Source: Lingula anatina (Eukaryota > Animalia > Brachiopoda). From it: a stretch of DNA of 64,000 nucleotides. The position numbers and the translations under genes are program-made. Below are positions 1 through 14,200 of this stretch, piece after piece. Position 1 is the stretch's first letter. The number at the start of each line of letters is the position of its first letter. Under the pieces are notes generated by a model. It had not been told where the DNA came from. It did no database searches and saw only the letters and a program-made list of their open reading frames with translations. The DNA lies in the NCBI GenBank assembly GCA_051362555.1, contig CM120642.1, forward strand, positions 28,334,001-28,398,000, in the 5' to 3' direction.

Positions 1-2538
1 AATGAAAATTAAGAAAGAAAGACTCTGTCAATTAATGTTATGACATATATAAAAATAACTCCAGAAAGTTTTGCACAAGTAAATTACAAAGTTATATATC
101 AAAATCTGCAGCTCATCAAAGTAACTTGAACATATTGAGTATTCTGAAAACATGCAGTGTGTCAATTAATCCCCTATATGTGTTGAAAAGCATGCTACAC
201 AATTCATATTCTTAGGCAAGACAATCAGATCTTAGAACTAATTTAGGATTCCAAATAAATAATAACAGAACTTAATTGCCTTTAAATGTCTACAATATTC
301 ACTTTTTTAAAGACGACCAATAACATTTCTACATTCATATACTTAAAAAATAGTGTTCAAACTCTTTGACCATAGAACACCAAGGTGCAGTTTCCCCAGA
401 GAACTTTAGATCAACAGTTAACTCTATTTTGACCCAAGGTAAATCTATGCATTGAAATGATATATTGAACCACATTTACCACACAGAAAAACTGTTTAAG
501 GTCAGTAGTTTACAGTGGACAACAGTATTTTTCTAAATTGAATTAGACTACAACTTTAGTCTGTATCAACTTCCAGTCTAAAATTCATTTCTAAAACTGG
601 CCTTGGAGGACCTCTGACAGAATGGCATGTAGAACCACATCAAATCTTCAGTACGTGGGTACATTGCCTCTATTGAGCAATTAGATATCTTGGTTACAAG
701 GGGTGACATTACACCAGTCTATTTCTGATGTGGTTATTTTGCAAAGCTGAGAACATGATATATAATTTGGTAGCATTAGTTGAATTACCGATATCAAATG
801 AAGGGTGCTTACAGGTAGCATGAAACTATTTCATCTCTGATATGGTTATTTTTTGCACAGAATCATTCCCTTTCTGAGACACTTTGTAAAGGAGAACTTG
901 CCTGTAAAAATAATCTCACAGCTACATAATGCTTTGACGCATGTCTTATGCAACTTCACACAGAAATTAGCATGGCCAAGGAATATTGGAAACACTGTTT
1001 CTTCTATTTGTCAAATATAAGGATTCTTTAACAAAACCACATGGTTCAAAGTCCTGAAGTGATGTTTAATAAGGATGTGCAACTTTGCAAACTGGCAAGA
1101 GTATATGTTTAATTTTTGTGTAAGCTATATAATGTCATCAGCATGAGAACCATTCCTTCTCATGCTCAGTTCACTTGAAGCCAGCCTGACAATATTTGTT
1201 AACTAACAAACAGCACTAATTCTGTAACAATTTAGTTAAATACAATGTATTGTGCACTGATGACCTGTAGAATTCAATCAAAGTAAACAACAATGTAACC
1301 TTTAATGTAATAAGCAGCTGTAGTAAAACGGACAACCACTGTGAAATATAATACATCAACAGTAGCAGCAGACCACATAATAAATTCATAATGATAAAGG
1401 TTACATTCACTGCACATTCATTCAAATATGGGTATCTTAAACATTACAGCAAAGTACCACATAGACAGCATCCCACACAGCTACTAATACTGATTGATAT
1501 GGAATTCTGATAATCAGATATACTGATAAATTAACTAACTAGTTGTGCTTTGCAACACTTCTGCTATCACGGAATCAGCTTCACACACTAATAACAAAGA
1601 ACATGAAATTAAAGCACACATAAGCCAGCGATTTCTTGTGCTAAATTCTATATTGATATCACATGCATTTATTAAGTAAAGCGCACTGGCATTAAAATAA
1701 TGAGGAATGATTATATGCAAATGACAACGAAATAGAATAACTTTTTTTAACAAACTTGTGCCGAACTGCACAAGTTTGGACATTCAAAAGATAATCAAAT
1801 TTGTATCATATCTTAAAACACCAGCTATTTCAGCCAAAAAGGAGAATTTACAAATCCCCCTTTTTGTAGCAGTTACATTTTCTTAACCTTCAGGTCGTTT
1901 TGCTTGGAAACAATTAAACCTATCAGCCAACAAAACCTTTGGGAACATCTGCACGATAATATGCACGTGACCAGAACTTTGAAAAATTTAAAACATAGCA
2001 AGGACGAACGACTACCTTTATTTCTGTGCCAAAAGTGCTCTTAAAGTTCTTATCCCTCTTGTGATAGTTTGAGGCATAACCAAGTGGAGCATAATTAACA
2101 TGAGGTTGTCTTATCCTTGTGTGAGGAGAAAATATATGTACAGAACAAGGCATGTCAGAAGTGATTGTGTTAGGTGACAAAAACTGACTGTATGAAGTTT
2201 AAGGTATATGACAGCATAGTAAGGAACAACATAGAGACAGTGCTTACTTCTTCATGCCTACTCATACTTGGACTTACTTTCATTCTTCTTCAACAAATGT
2301 CACATTCAATTACACTTTCACTCATGAATATTTTCTTTCCAATTCAATAAAGCTACACCATATTTACATCTAGAATAAGCATAAGTTAATAGACATTTCT
2401 ACAATTATATATGACAACAAAAGACAGAGGGGCCACTTCTTCAATGTCACTGACATATGTGGTCTAAGCAATGATATCTGAGGAATCTGTAAGATTACTA
2501 AAATGAAAGTGAAAGTAAAACTGATCCAAGGACAGACT

Positions 2539-4802
2539 TCACCTATTTATAATGGTTGAAATGTCCTTAATTGTGGTTTGTACGTCCTTGCAGACACGTA
2601 CTTTTCTCTCTGGTGATGCAGTTAACATTTTTCCCCCTAAAGTCTCTAATTTTGTGAGCATTTCCTGTACTTGAAACTTAGCATGGGGAGGCAAAGTATC
2701 TATCAATTTACTACAGTGGGAATGTAAGGATTTCACCCTCTCTGACAGTTGAGAAAAACTGTCTTGGTCACGCATACTTAGAGTGGACAACTTCTCAATG
2801 CTTGAGACCAGGCTGGATCCCATGTCATTGACTATTTCTTTTGTAGTAGTTTCAGGATCAGCTGAATTCTGTTTACTGTTTTCTAAAGATTGGGTCAGCT
2901 TAGGTTTGTTGGTAGGCAGCACTGGTTTGCCTCCTGGGAAGATAGATTTTCCGCCTGGGGGGACCCGAGGCTTGGGAGCTATAGGTGGGGAACCCACTCT
3001 GGTTCTGGGCCTTTCTTGGGACAATTCCAACTCATCATCCCCTGGTGGTGGAGATTTAAGTCTCTGAGAGCCTCGTAGTCTCGAAAAATTGTCCCCCATT
3101 CCTCCTGTGCTGAGATCAGTCTTCTCTTCAGACTCGCTCCCACTCTCAGACTTTCCAGACGTAAATTTTCTCAGCCTGTCACGGATCGACTGAGGCTTGC
3201 GAGGCACAGGAGGACTCAAAGACTTCTGTGGTGGTGACGGTGATTTTGATTCAATCTCAGAATTCCCTGGTGCATAGGGTGGAAGAGATTGCCCAGGAAA
3301 TGGTGCTCTGCCATTCTCTTGCTGAGTAGCCTCATCCCCATCTGCTGCTTTAGAAAAGCGGGGTGAAGGTTTGGGTTTCCATTTAGCATACTTGTCTTCA
3401 GCATCTGAATTCTGTCTCTGCATCCAAGGGATGCGGACAGGGCCTCCACTATCAAAACTGTGATTAGCTGTGTTAGCACGAGAGAAATAGTGATCATCTG
3501 GTACAGTTTCTGATTGCGTCCTTCCTTTCCAGGGGGGAGCAGAGGGCTTGCCACTTAAAACTACAGGCCTACTGGTGGTGCCCTCTATATTTGCAGCATC
3601 ATTGGCTATATCTGTCTGGTTTCGAGAACCAGTTACATCAGACTTCTGTCTATTGAGCCAAGCAAGAACTGGCTTGTCTTGGCCACCTGACATCACATGA
3701 CTTGAGGATGACCTTGACATTCCAGAATTGATATTGTCTGAATCAGATCCCCTCCTTTCACTCAACCGGTCTTGTAATTCTTGTACATTTACTCGTTGCT
3801 TGTTTTCTGTCTGTCTATAGTCAGAAACACTGCCCTGCTGTTTATACTCCTGCTGTTTGTTCTCTGATTGACTTTTGAGGTCATTTTTAACATTTTCCTT
3901 TTGATTATCAACTGAAGTACCTGTGCTAGGCTCTAAAGACTTAAGATACTCTCCAATACGAGTACTTTTTGGAATTGTTCCATACCGACTGATTGCCCTT
4001 TCAACATTCCCTTTGTCTAATGCCACCATCTTGCGCTCTTCCAACTGTCCCTTAGAATTCAAATTCAAGTCATCTTCTGTGCGAGATCTCCTTTCTTGAG
4101 AAGATTGCGTCTGTTGAGCCTGGAGAGGTTGTGACTGTGGCTGTTGTGATTTTCTCTGTAGTGCCCTCTGTGGAAGAGGCAAGGGAACTTTGGGAGCCTG
4201 TCCTGTTGGGGACACAATCTGACTAGTTGCAGTGGTTGTTAGTGCAGACTGATTTGGTATATTGCCATTAGACTCAGCAGGTGCCCTGTCCTTCTTGGGC
4301 AGCATCCAGGGTCTTGCTGGCTTGCTGCTTTCTTCAGTGTATGACTTGGACATGAGTCTGTCACTTAGTGAAGATTGCACCTGACCCTGTTCCGAGTCCA
4401 GCAACGGGCTCGAGTGACGCGAACCCTTATCACATTTGCTTCCCATAGAGAGGCCAGAATCGTCTAAAAATTCAAACTCTTTATCTATTGTATCCGATAT
4501 CTTTTCAACATGTGGTCCAGATGTTTTTTGTTGTGCAAGATATGCCCTGGTGTGTCTGGGGGACAAGTTCTCCTCGTTTCCTTCCGTCACTGTGTCTGGA
4601 ATTGCTACTCCATCCCTGTCACCTCTTTCGCGCTCCTGCTGCTGCTGTTGCTGCTGGTCTCTAAAAGAACTTGTCCGTTTTGGAGGAGTTGGGGCCTTTT
4701 TCAGTCGACTACTGTTTCTCAATGCACTGGTAAGGAACGAACTAACGCTGGATGTGTCTGCCGTCTCAAAACCAAATTTTCTGCCACCGCTTGACTTGGT
4801 AA
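2539..4802 (-). CDS. Abl: Abl last exon (Pro-rich tail, polyQ, F-actin-binding domain)
   Basis: ctgcag|TT ACC AAG is in frame with the 727-aa ORF. Contains [12 protein letters not shown]7, [22 protein letters not shown] and a helical C-terminus ([16 protein letters not shown]...ISTIINR*). Confidence 0.92.
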
Positions 4803-5240
4803 CTGCAGTATAAATGGTGCTCAGTTAGTCTTTGTGCAAAAGACTTTTTATTCACAACTTGGGAGTTAATAAAAATCATAATTCCCTTGACAAACGATCA
4901 CCCCCTTGACACAAGGCAATACTTCATGTGCCAACTAATACGACATTTGAAATTATGTTAAAATAGTTAAAAGTCTAGGAAAAAATTTAAACCCCCTTCA
5001 AAAGGTGAGTAAAGGTGCAAAGAGCCCTACTTGAAGCAGTTTCCATATTCTCTATATCAGCATTCTCCCCACTCTGCCATCTTTTCTTTTTTGGTAAAGT
5101 TGGCGTTGGCATGCTTGGATGTTGTATCTCTCCACTCTTCTCAAGCTCTAGCTCTTTTTCCACCTCTGAAAATGTATAAATTAAATATTGTTCTGAAAAT
5201 ACAGGCTAGGACAGAGCATACAGACTTAAGTTCTGTGTGT

Positions 5241-5271
<31 letters not shown>

Positions 5272-8200
5272 GGGGGGCTTCAGCAGTCATATTTTCTCTA
5301 CAGCATAAATTAATAATAAATTAAAACATGATATCTTATTGCTTTCAAAGTTGGAAAAAAACAACAAAATAACAAATAACAGCAAGTGACAACATTAAAA
5401 AGCACATCACTGTTAACATACATACCCTCTCCTATGCTGGAATTCTGGAACATGTTGTCAAGGTCTTCTTTTATTTCACGGAATGTTGGGCGCTCACTTG
5501 CCTCCCACTGCCAGCCTAATCACAAGACAATCATATCACCCTTGATGAATAATTTGGTAAAGGCCTCCAATCATACAATATATATATATGACACCATTAG
5601 CTACCATATGACTCTTAAACTGTGTACCACCATAATCACACACCAAGGTGACAAAAAGACCAAGCTACAAACTAATATTCCAAATCACTGCTAATTGCTG
5701 TTATCTTCAGGAAAACACTGCACTTGCAAAGCAATGTTTTAATGAACTACCAAAATGCTCTAATAATTTATTTCTTAGCAAAGGCATTTAACCTGGTGAT
5801 AAACTGTGACATCTTTTAACATCAAACTTATATGCACTCACAAATAATTCCAAATAAACACACACACACAAACACACAAAATGTGCTCATATTTCCTCAT
5901 TGGTAAGTCAATATTCTTAGGAATCTACTCTCACAACTGATTGCAGCACATTTAACACAATGAACTCACATTTCCTCATCAGTAAGTAAATATTCTCCGG
6001 ACATCCTTGTGGTCTCTCCATGCGGTAACCACGCTCTAAAAGGTGGTAAACTTCTGAGAGATCCACTCCAGGATATGGCGACATGCCATACGTTGCCAGT
6101 TCCCAAAGCAAAACCCCAAAGGCTAAAAGTAAGACATGGTAAAATCGTATGCATTATATAGTTACATGTTCTATTAAACACATACAAAAACTAAATACCT
6201 TTTTTTATTGAGGCAAAATTTGACCAACTAAATCTAAGTGCAATCTAAAGGCAACTGCATGGCTTGTAAATCATGCTAGACAGGTAAAGGGGAACTGAGT
6301 TCCATACACTATACAAACTTTTTTCTCAATTGTAAACATCACTGCCTCATATATAAGATAAGAAATGTCCAATGAAGTGTAAAATACTTACAGGAAATTT
6401 TCATAACTTCAAAAACTCCCACAAATCACACTGTAGGCCATATTATACCACATTAACTACAGAGGCAACTTTTGAGCAAGGAGAAGTCACATTTTCCACT
6501 CTCTCCTTTCTTTTTTTTTTTTTTTATTTTGCCAACTTCCTTTTTAAAAACATTTTAATCTACATTTTAAGCCATATCTGCTAGTTCACTTTTTAGTAAA
6601 GTATTTAAGTGGGACATCTAAACAGACTCTTTTTTAATTTCCATGTTAACTACAGTTTCAATTTTTGATGCATTATTACATCAAGACTATCTCCAAAACT
6701 TAAATGGCAAAAACTGAAGTTCCTTCTTACCCCAAACATCAGACTTAGTGGAGAATGTATTATAAGCTAGTCCTTCTGGGGCAGTCCACTTGATGGGAAA
6801 TTTGGCTCCAGCGTGGGCCTGGTAGGTGTCATCCTTCATCAGACGAGCCAGTCCAAAGTCTGCCACCTTCACCAAATGGTTTTCACCAACAAGACAGTTC
6901 CTGGCAGCAAGATCTCTGAAATTATCAGCACTAGATGTCAACACCAGGACATTTATTTATATTCTGTCAACAGATGGCTTTCTATTTCGAAACAGTTTTA
7001 ACTGTAATGTCTCTGATTCAGAAGTCATATATACTACTGAATGTTAAACCAGTTAAAATATCTTTGGATAAATAACGTTACAAAGAATAACTGTCAAGAT
7101 GAATATTAAACAAGGAACAATTATTATGATCTGTTCAATATCATTTCAATTCAACCATAAAAAATGGAAAATGCTTAACAGTGGTGTCTGCATATTTCAT
7201 TTTTTTTACTCATCAATATTCATCTTCAAAAAGCAAAACCCGTGTCCACCATATATGACATCATACTTAATGAACAAACTGACCCACCTGTGAATAAAAG
7301 GTTTGTCCTCCAGGTAAGCCATCCCTGAAGCTATCTGTGTTGCCATGTAGAGTAATACTGTGGGTCCCAGGCTCTCCTGAGAGGAGTTCCGCAGAAAGTC
7401 CAGCAGATTGCCATTGGGCATGAACTCCGTAACGATGTAAAATGGGGGTTCTCTGGTACACACTCCTGTAAGGGTAAGATACAACAGGGTGTGACAAAAG
7501 TTTATGCACACTTATTAGATTACTAGATAAGGGTAAGCAACGTTTCAATACTCTTCAAACATAATTGCTCTTCTGTACATTCAAGGAAATATAGAGTAGA
7601 CTCAGCATAATTCATAACTTAAGAAAATAAATTATTGTATATCTTGAAAAAATCTGACAGCATGGATTTTTTTTCTTGGGTATTAACTGAAATAAACTTT
7701 AACATTGCCTAACTTGAATCTCTGTGTAACTCAAAGGGATTTCCTGGTCCTATGGTGTCTGAATGATGCAGAGTGTACTGTGTAGGGTTTGGAAATAATG
7801 TAAAATTAAGGAAAGGTCTATTGATCCTGCTATTGTTTAGATACTGTGCAGTTCTCCTGGAGATGGAGTAATGGTACTGGGAGATTTTGTATACACTAAT
7901 GAAAGGAATTAGAATGCTTATTAAAACCCTGCATATCTTTCTGGCATCAATGAAACTGTGGCCTCAATGCACACATTACATGTTGTCAAGTCACTCAAAT
8001 GTAAGTATAGAAAACAGCTGCCATGTTACCTAAGAGCTGGACAAGATTTTCATGTTTCATTTCTTTCATAATGGCTGCTTCTTCCAAGAAATCCTTCAGT
8101 GCCATGGTGTCCTCCTATAAGAAACAAACAAAGAATAAACAAATCTTCACATCCAGAGTTGTTCAACTTCAAAACGTTACATGGAAATAAATGTAACATG

Positions 8201-11200
8201 ATATCAAGAAATAATCATCGTAAATTGCTTTGTTTTGTAATACAGTTTTACAGTATAGTGTATTGTTATAATGAAATATTGGAAGATATCACTCAAATAT
8301 TATAACCAAGATGATAAGGGGTTTAATTACATGGTAAATTCCAATCATTTTGATAAACACAGATAAAACCCCACTCACTTAAAATACAAATACATTCTGC
8401 AGCCTTTCTATAGATTTCAGATGTTTCACCCAATTAAAAAGGTGCTCTGTTCTCCACAACAAACTACCATTTGCCATCCAAAAATTGTATATATTCTGTT
8501 AAAGGCAAACTTGATAAGTATACAATCAGTATATGTACTTTTTCTTACCTTCAATGTTTTGACAGCAACAATTTTGCCGTATTTCTTCCACACACCTTCA
8601 TATACATCCCCATACTGGCCTCCACCTGAAGTAGATAGCATGGTTTTATACACATCAGAAATATCATAAAGATGAGCTAACACTACTAATTATCATTTTC
8701 ATAATTATCACTTTTTTTCTTTCATTCAAATCCTCTTTGTTTGCCGATTGGGCTAATTTTCTCTTTTGATATCTGGACCCTGGCATATCTCTACTGGCTG
8801 ATTCTTAATTTTTCCACCTCTTTGTCAGATACAGTACTCAAACACTACCAAAAGTAAGTCTAGTCCTGCACTGGTGAGTCTCAACAGAAAATAGGAAAAC
8901 AGAAAAAAATATTTCAAAAACTGGAATTTTATTGCAAATGCATAGGAATAATTCTGTTAGTAAGAGGGTTTCCCAACACCCCTAACAGAGTCTGGGGTAG
9001 CGCTAACACTCGCCAATTTAGCCAAATGCTAAAACTGCTGTAAACTGGCTAAACAAAAAGGGCTTAATTTGACTCATTTGAGCCATTTGGATAACAAATT
9101 GACAAAAAAGAGATGATTTGGCTAAGTGAAAAAAATTGCTATCGCTACCCCAGAGAGTCATATCGGTTTACCATACGTCTTTACTTGTGGTAAATAATAC
9201 CATTTAGCTTAACAACAATCACCTAACAATCATCAGGGCAGTAAGCCTTACCTAGTCTGTGTTTCATCTGTATCTCAGTTCTCTCTATCTCCCACCTGTC
9301 AGGCTCTGGGCTCAGGCCGAATACTGTAGGTTTGTCTCTCTTAGCAGCTGGGTACAACAGGGTGGTGATCAGACCGTCAGAGTGCATAGAGTGGTGATGC
9401 ACCAGTTCCGCTAGCGTGTTAAAGCGGTGCTCTTGGGTGACATACACCTGGAAAGGTGATGTGGTGAAGCATTACAGTGAACTGAGTGACTAAATTCATT
9501 AGTAAATATTGATATACTCAATCTTATGAAAATACATACACTATGTAATCTTATCAAATACCTGACGTGTTTACATTACATTACATATTTACATCTTTAA
9601 GTCACTGAACTTCTTTAAATGATAAATAATAGCTTGCTTACATTAGTTTTTCACTGGTGATACTAGTTGTAACTATTTTCCCACATCAATGCTCCAGTTT
9701 GCAGATAAAGCATCTGCCAACTTGTCACAGTTTATGCATTTCTGCTCTGGTAAGTTGTTTCAAAATAACAGGACTCTCATAAAACATGGCACAGTCTATC
9801 TTACACCTTTCATTTAGGCCTTATTGTATTGGACTAATATAGCAAGTAAAGGATTTCTTTTTCCTGGGTGTACACAATTTTACCTTAGAATCGCTGTCTT
9901 CACTAATCCTATAATGATACACCCTTCCTTCATAACGTAGAGATATGGACCTCTGGCCCGGACTACTTTCACTCTCGCGCACCAGGAAACTCCCGTTGAT
10001 CCCACTACTAAGTAGATACTCTGCTGCGTTCCTGGATATAGGGCCATGGTACCAGGAAAATTTGTCTAAACTGTTGACAGGGGCGATGTAGTTGCTGGGC
10101 ACCCAGCCCAAGGCATTGGCTTTGTTCTGGACTTCACACCATTCTCTCCCTTTGTTGTAACTTAGGATCTTCACTTGTTCTCCTGGAATGAATGAATGAA
10201 TGAATGAATGAATGAATGAATGAATGAACAAAAAATAAATTAATAAATAAATAAATAAATAAATGAAGAAGAAGAAGAAGAAGTTATAGCTTAGGATCTT
10301 CACTTGTTTTCCTGGAATAGACATTAACAAAAAAATAAGTAGTCTTAATTTAGGATATTCACTTGTTCTCCTAAAACAGATGTTAAGGAAATATGATGAA
10401 GAAGAATTATCAATAGGTAAAACACATTTTCTCTGGGTGTCCAGTCATTTTATTTTCTGTCTCTGTCACATCTGGAAATCTGCACTTATTCTACTTGAGA
10501 AGAAATAAACAGAAAACAAGGAAACACAATATACATCAAAACATAATCAATGTCCTCCCTATGTCATATCTGCGTTAAATTTTTTCTCCTGTTCTTACTT
10601 AACAGTAACAAGAAAAAATGTAAAACACACAAGTATGGAACATATAATTAGATTGTTTGTTGGAAGCATTTGGTGACAAAAGTTGATTTATACACTGTAT
10701 AAATATATAACAATTTACTTTTCCTTCATCTTTTAATTAAATGGTCTACATTTTATGACTTTTTGGCATTTTGCATTCCGGGAAAGGCAAAATCAACATG
10801 TCACCTAATGTCACATCACAGCAACAGTCAAAGTTTGTTTTTTTTTCTGCTGGGGGGGGGGGGGGGGGGGGTCGTCTATTTGTCAATTGAGTGACATCAA
10901 AGATAAAATAATTTTTAAGTTAGGTATAAAAATGTTGTAAAAATGAAACCTGGTAACAAACAGGCAGAGATATGTTGGAAAGCTATTTACTTAACAGTGC
11001 TTGGCACTTATGCAAATTCTCAACCTTCTGAAAAAATCTACATTGCCAAATTCCATACACCATTACATGCTTTACTGTGTTGAATTTTGTTTTCAGCTAA
11101 CTTTACTTCCCAAATTTTCCAGAAAATCTTGGGTCAACATTGTAGTGTTTCATATAGATAACAACCGCATGTGCAGGAAGAAACGGATGTCAAACTCATA

Positions 11201-14200
11201 AATTTTGCATATCCACAAAACAAAATCCAATAAAACATTTTATATAGCTATGCTTACTAAGCCATTATGTATGTATTGTGCAAACATAAAAATCATGTAA
11301 GATGCAGGTGTAACTTTATGGTACATAAGAATATTACTGATTTAAAACTAACACGGAGAGTACAAATAAATCCCAGAGCTATCCGAGACATCTGTACACA
11401 GACACACATACCTCTACTAAATGATCCCATGGTGCACAATAAAATACCTCGATATGTTCATGGATCTGGATTAAAAACTATAAAATCCTTAAGGCACAGT
11501 TCCTCCGCACTCTGACTAGGTCACATAGAGGGTGAACAACACTTTGTAGATGCTTGCATGGCTAGGTGTGTAATTCTCTTGTGAAAATATCCTGACTGTG
11601 ACATCACAAATACTGTGCGGGACACATGCAGGCTGATAATCCCAGGAATTTATTCACAGCAGTGTGATGTGTCTTGTCACAAAGTTCACCGTCTATATTC
11701 ATGTGCTTGCTTGGAGTGAATGCACATGTGATGCCACCTTTTAAGGTGATCTTGTACATGACACAAGTTTAAATTATCATGAGATTGGTCACTATTTCCT
11801 TGAATCTTCAATCACCACTCTTGCAGCTTTCCTTCAAGTTAATTATTACTACAACATGGGCGGTCTGATTAAATACTTAGCACACTCAGCCAAATTTGCA
11901 TAATTCTATATGGGTACTGCTATGACAGTATTCAGGCACTTTTCCTCCACCTCAGCATATCAGCATTGATGCACAATAGTGAATATCTGGTTGAAAATAC
12001 TAGTATCTTAATTGCAGTCTGGCCACTCTTCCAGTTTCTCCCTTCTATCCCGCTATGGCAAACCAGCAAAAAAAGATCAAAAATACAAATCCTGTTTAAG
12101 CTCCAGCATCACTCTTGGTCTCATATAGAGCTCAACATAGTCAGCAGCCTGATTCATGTATTTCGTGTGTGGTCACTCACTGGTCAAGCTACATCCTGGA
12201 CAGCTAGGCCACTGGCTTCCTGCCCTTCCCCTGTAATGTTCCTGTACTGCTGAGAAAGCTACCGGGTATATTATGTAGCTGTCACTGGCTTCTTGCTCAA
12301 TGTCCAGCAGTGGTCACTACCTTACAGCATCAGAGTATTGTGAAGATACTGGACAAAAGTTTTAATTGCAGCCCCTGGTGACCACTGATCACTGACGGAT
12401 ATCACTGTAATGATCTAAGCAAGCACCTGCCAAAGTGAATGCTTCAAAGCAATGCTGTCCCTGAACAGAGATATGGTCACCTGGTGTTCACAATTAAAAC
12501 ACAATGACTCCCAAGTTGGCCCTCTGTAATCAACACACCAAATCTTTTAAAGTACCAGGAGCCATACACTAAAGCTTTTCTCTTTGACAGTGTTTTGTGT
12601 TGTTCTTTAGACTGTACATATATGGAACAAAACACTGTCTCTGTCCTGAAAAAGCTATATGTCTATCTACAAACAGGTTTAAATGTACAGCACATATTAA
12701 AGGTACACCACGTATGAACATATCCCAAGTCATATGCAAAGCTGCCTTCCCAGGCAGGGTACCTTTAATCTATTGTTTCTGAGTTCATAAAATCCACATC
12801 AGCTCACACTGCCCGAGGCCACAGCACAGAGATCAGACTACAGGTTCCTGAGCTATGCTGAAGTATGGCTAGGCCTGCCAGATAATTACCCTTTGTGTTT
12901 GATTACAATCTTTAATCTTCCATCTCTGCATTAGGTGTGGATCACCAAGCCAATCAGTCAATCATTCCACTCCTTAAATCTGTACCGTATACATACAGGA
13001 ATAGAACCGATACCAGTTATGTTTTGATATGGTGTCCTAGAGCTCATATACTCATGTACTAAAAAAATTTCCTAGTTCATTACTCACTTGATCCTCCATC
13101 CCCTTTTAAAGCCTCTAGCTCCTTAATCGACAATTAAAGCCCCTGAAAGTTCAGTAACTTTTTAAAATGCACTGCTGAGGTCAAACTGGAGTCTTCAAGG
13201 TGATGACAGTCTTAAATTACGTACACAAATAACAGCAATGGTCCAGTAATGTCAACGATGAGCCAATAACAATCTGCACTACCTGCATATCATATACACT
13301 ACCTGCATAGCAAGCACCAAATATTTCTTAATTAGTGCATGTATGTATACCTATACATTAAATCTCTGTCCAGATGGGCATATGTCACGCATTAGCTCCT
13401 ATCACAGCAAAGTTTTCATGGAAGAAGAACTCTACCTGGCAGAGAGCAGTAATCATGTGTAGTTAGATTCTACTCTGCTCACTTGACCATAGATATTCAT
13501 CTAAAACATCTCAGCAGTACTCAGAACCAAACCGTGTCAGTTATGAGTTATGATTTCTGTGTATTTGCACTTATGTTCTGTCACATAAATCTAAAATCTC
13601 AAACTCTTCCTCGGTCCTTCAAAACATTTCAAAACTTTCTTGCTCCATGTGTTCCAGCTCAACCCCCACTTGCATGAAAGGCATAAATTCAAGTGTTATC
13701 TCTGAGATTCCAGTAGGTCCCTAATATAAGTGGTGACTTAATTGCACTCTCTGTTCCTGTCTTGCTGTGTATAATTTCCTCTGGCCAGCTGTAGTGTCTA
13801 GCACGCAGGTGCCCTTCCTCACCTGGCTGCAGTTTAACACACACTGCATCCGCCATTAATGCTGGCTTACTTACATTTTAAAAATCTGACAGCAGTTTTG
13901 GCACTATTCTGATAAAATTTTTATCCTTTGAATCTTTTTTTAAATCATATCAAAACTTAACAACTTTGATAAAATCTGCACAAAATTCTTTCATGAGTGA
14001 GTTTTTGTATTTAAAAATCCCCATTCACAACAATGTACTTTCAGTTCAAGCTTTTTAACTTCAACCAGACTTCCCACCATCTAACTTTCCTGCATCACCC
14101 TGGCACTTCTTTCATACAATACAAAGTCATAGTTCAAACACCAAGTTGTTTTTCACAATTCTTAACCACTGCATCCTTTCTGGTCCCTATGCTGCATAAT

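Noticed and set aside
1-2538. Abl 3' UTR extent and polyadenylation site
   Set aside because: Several AATAAA candidates on the minus strand in AT-rich DNA; cannot choose without transcript data.
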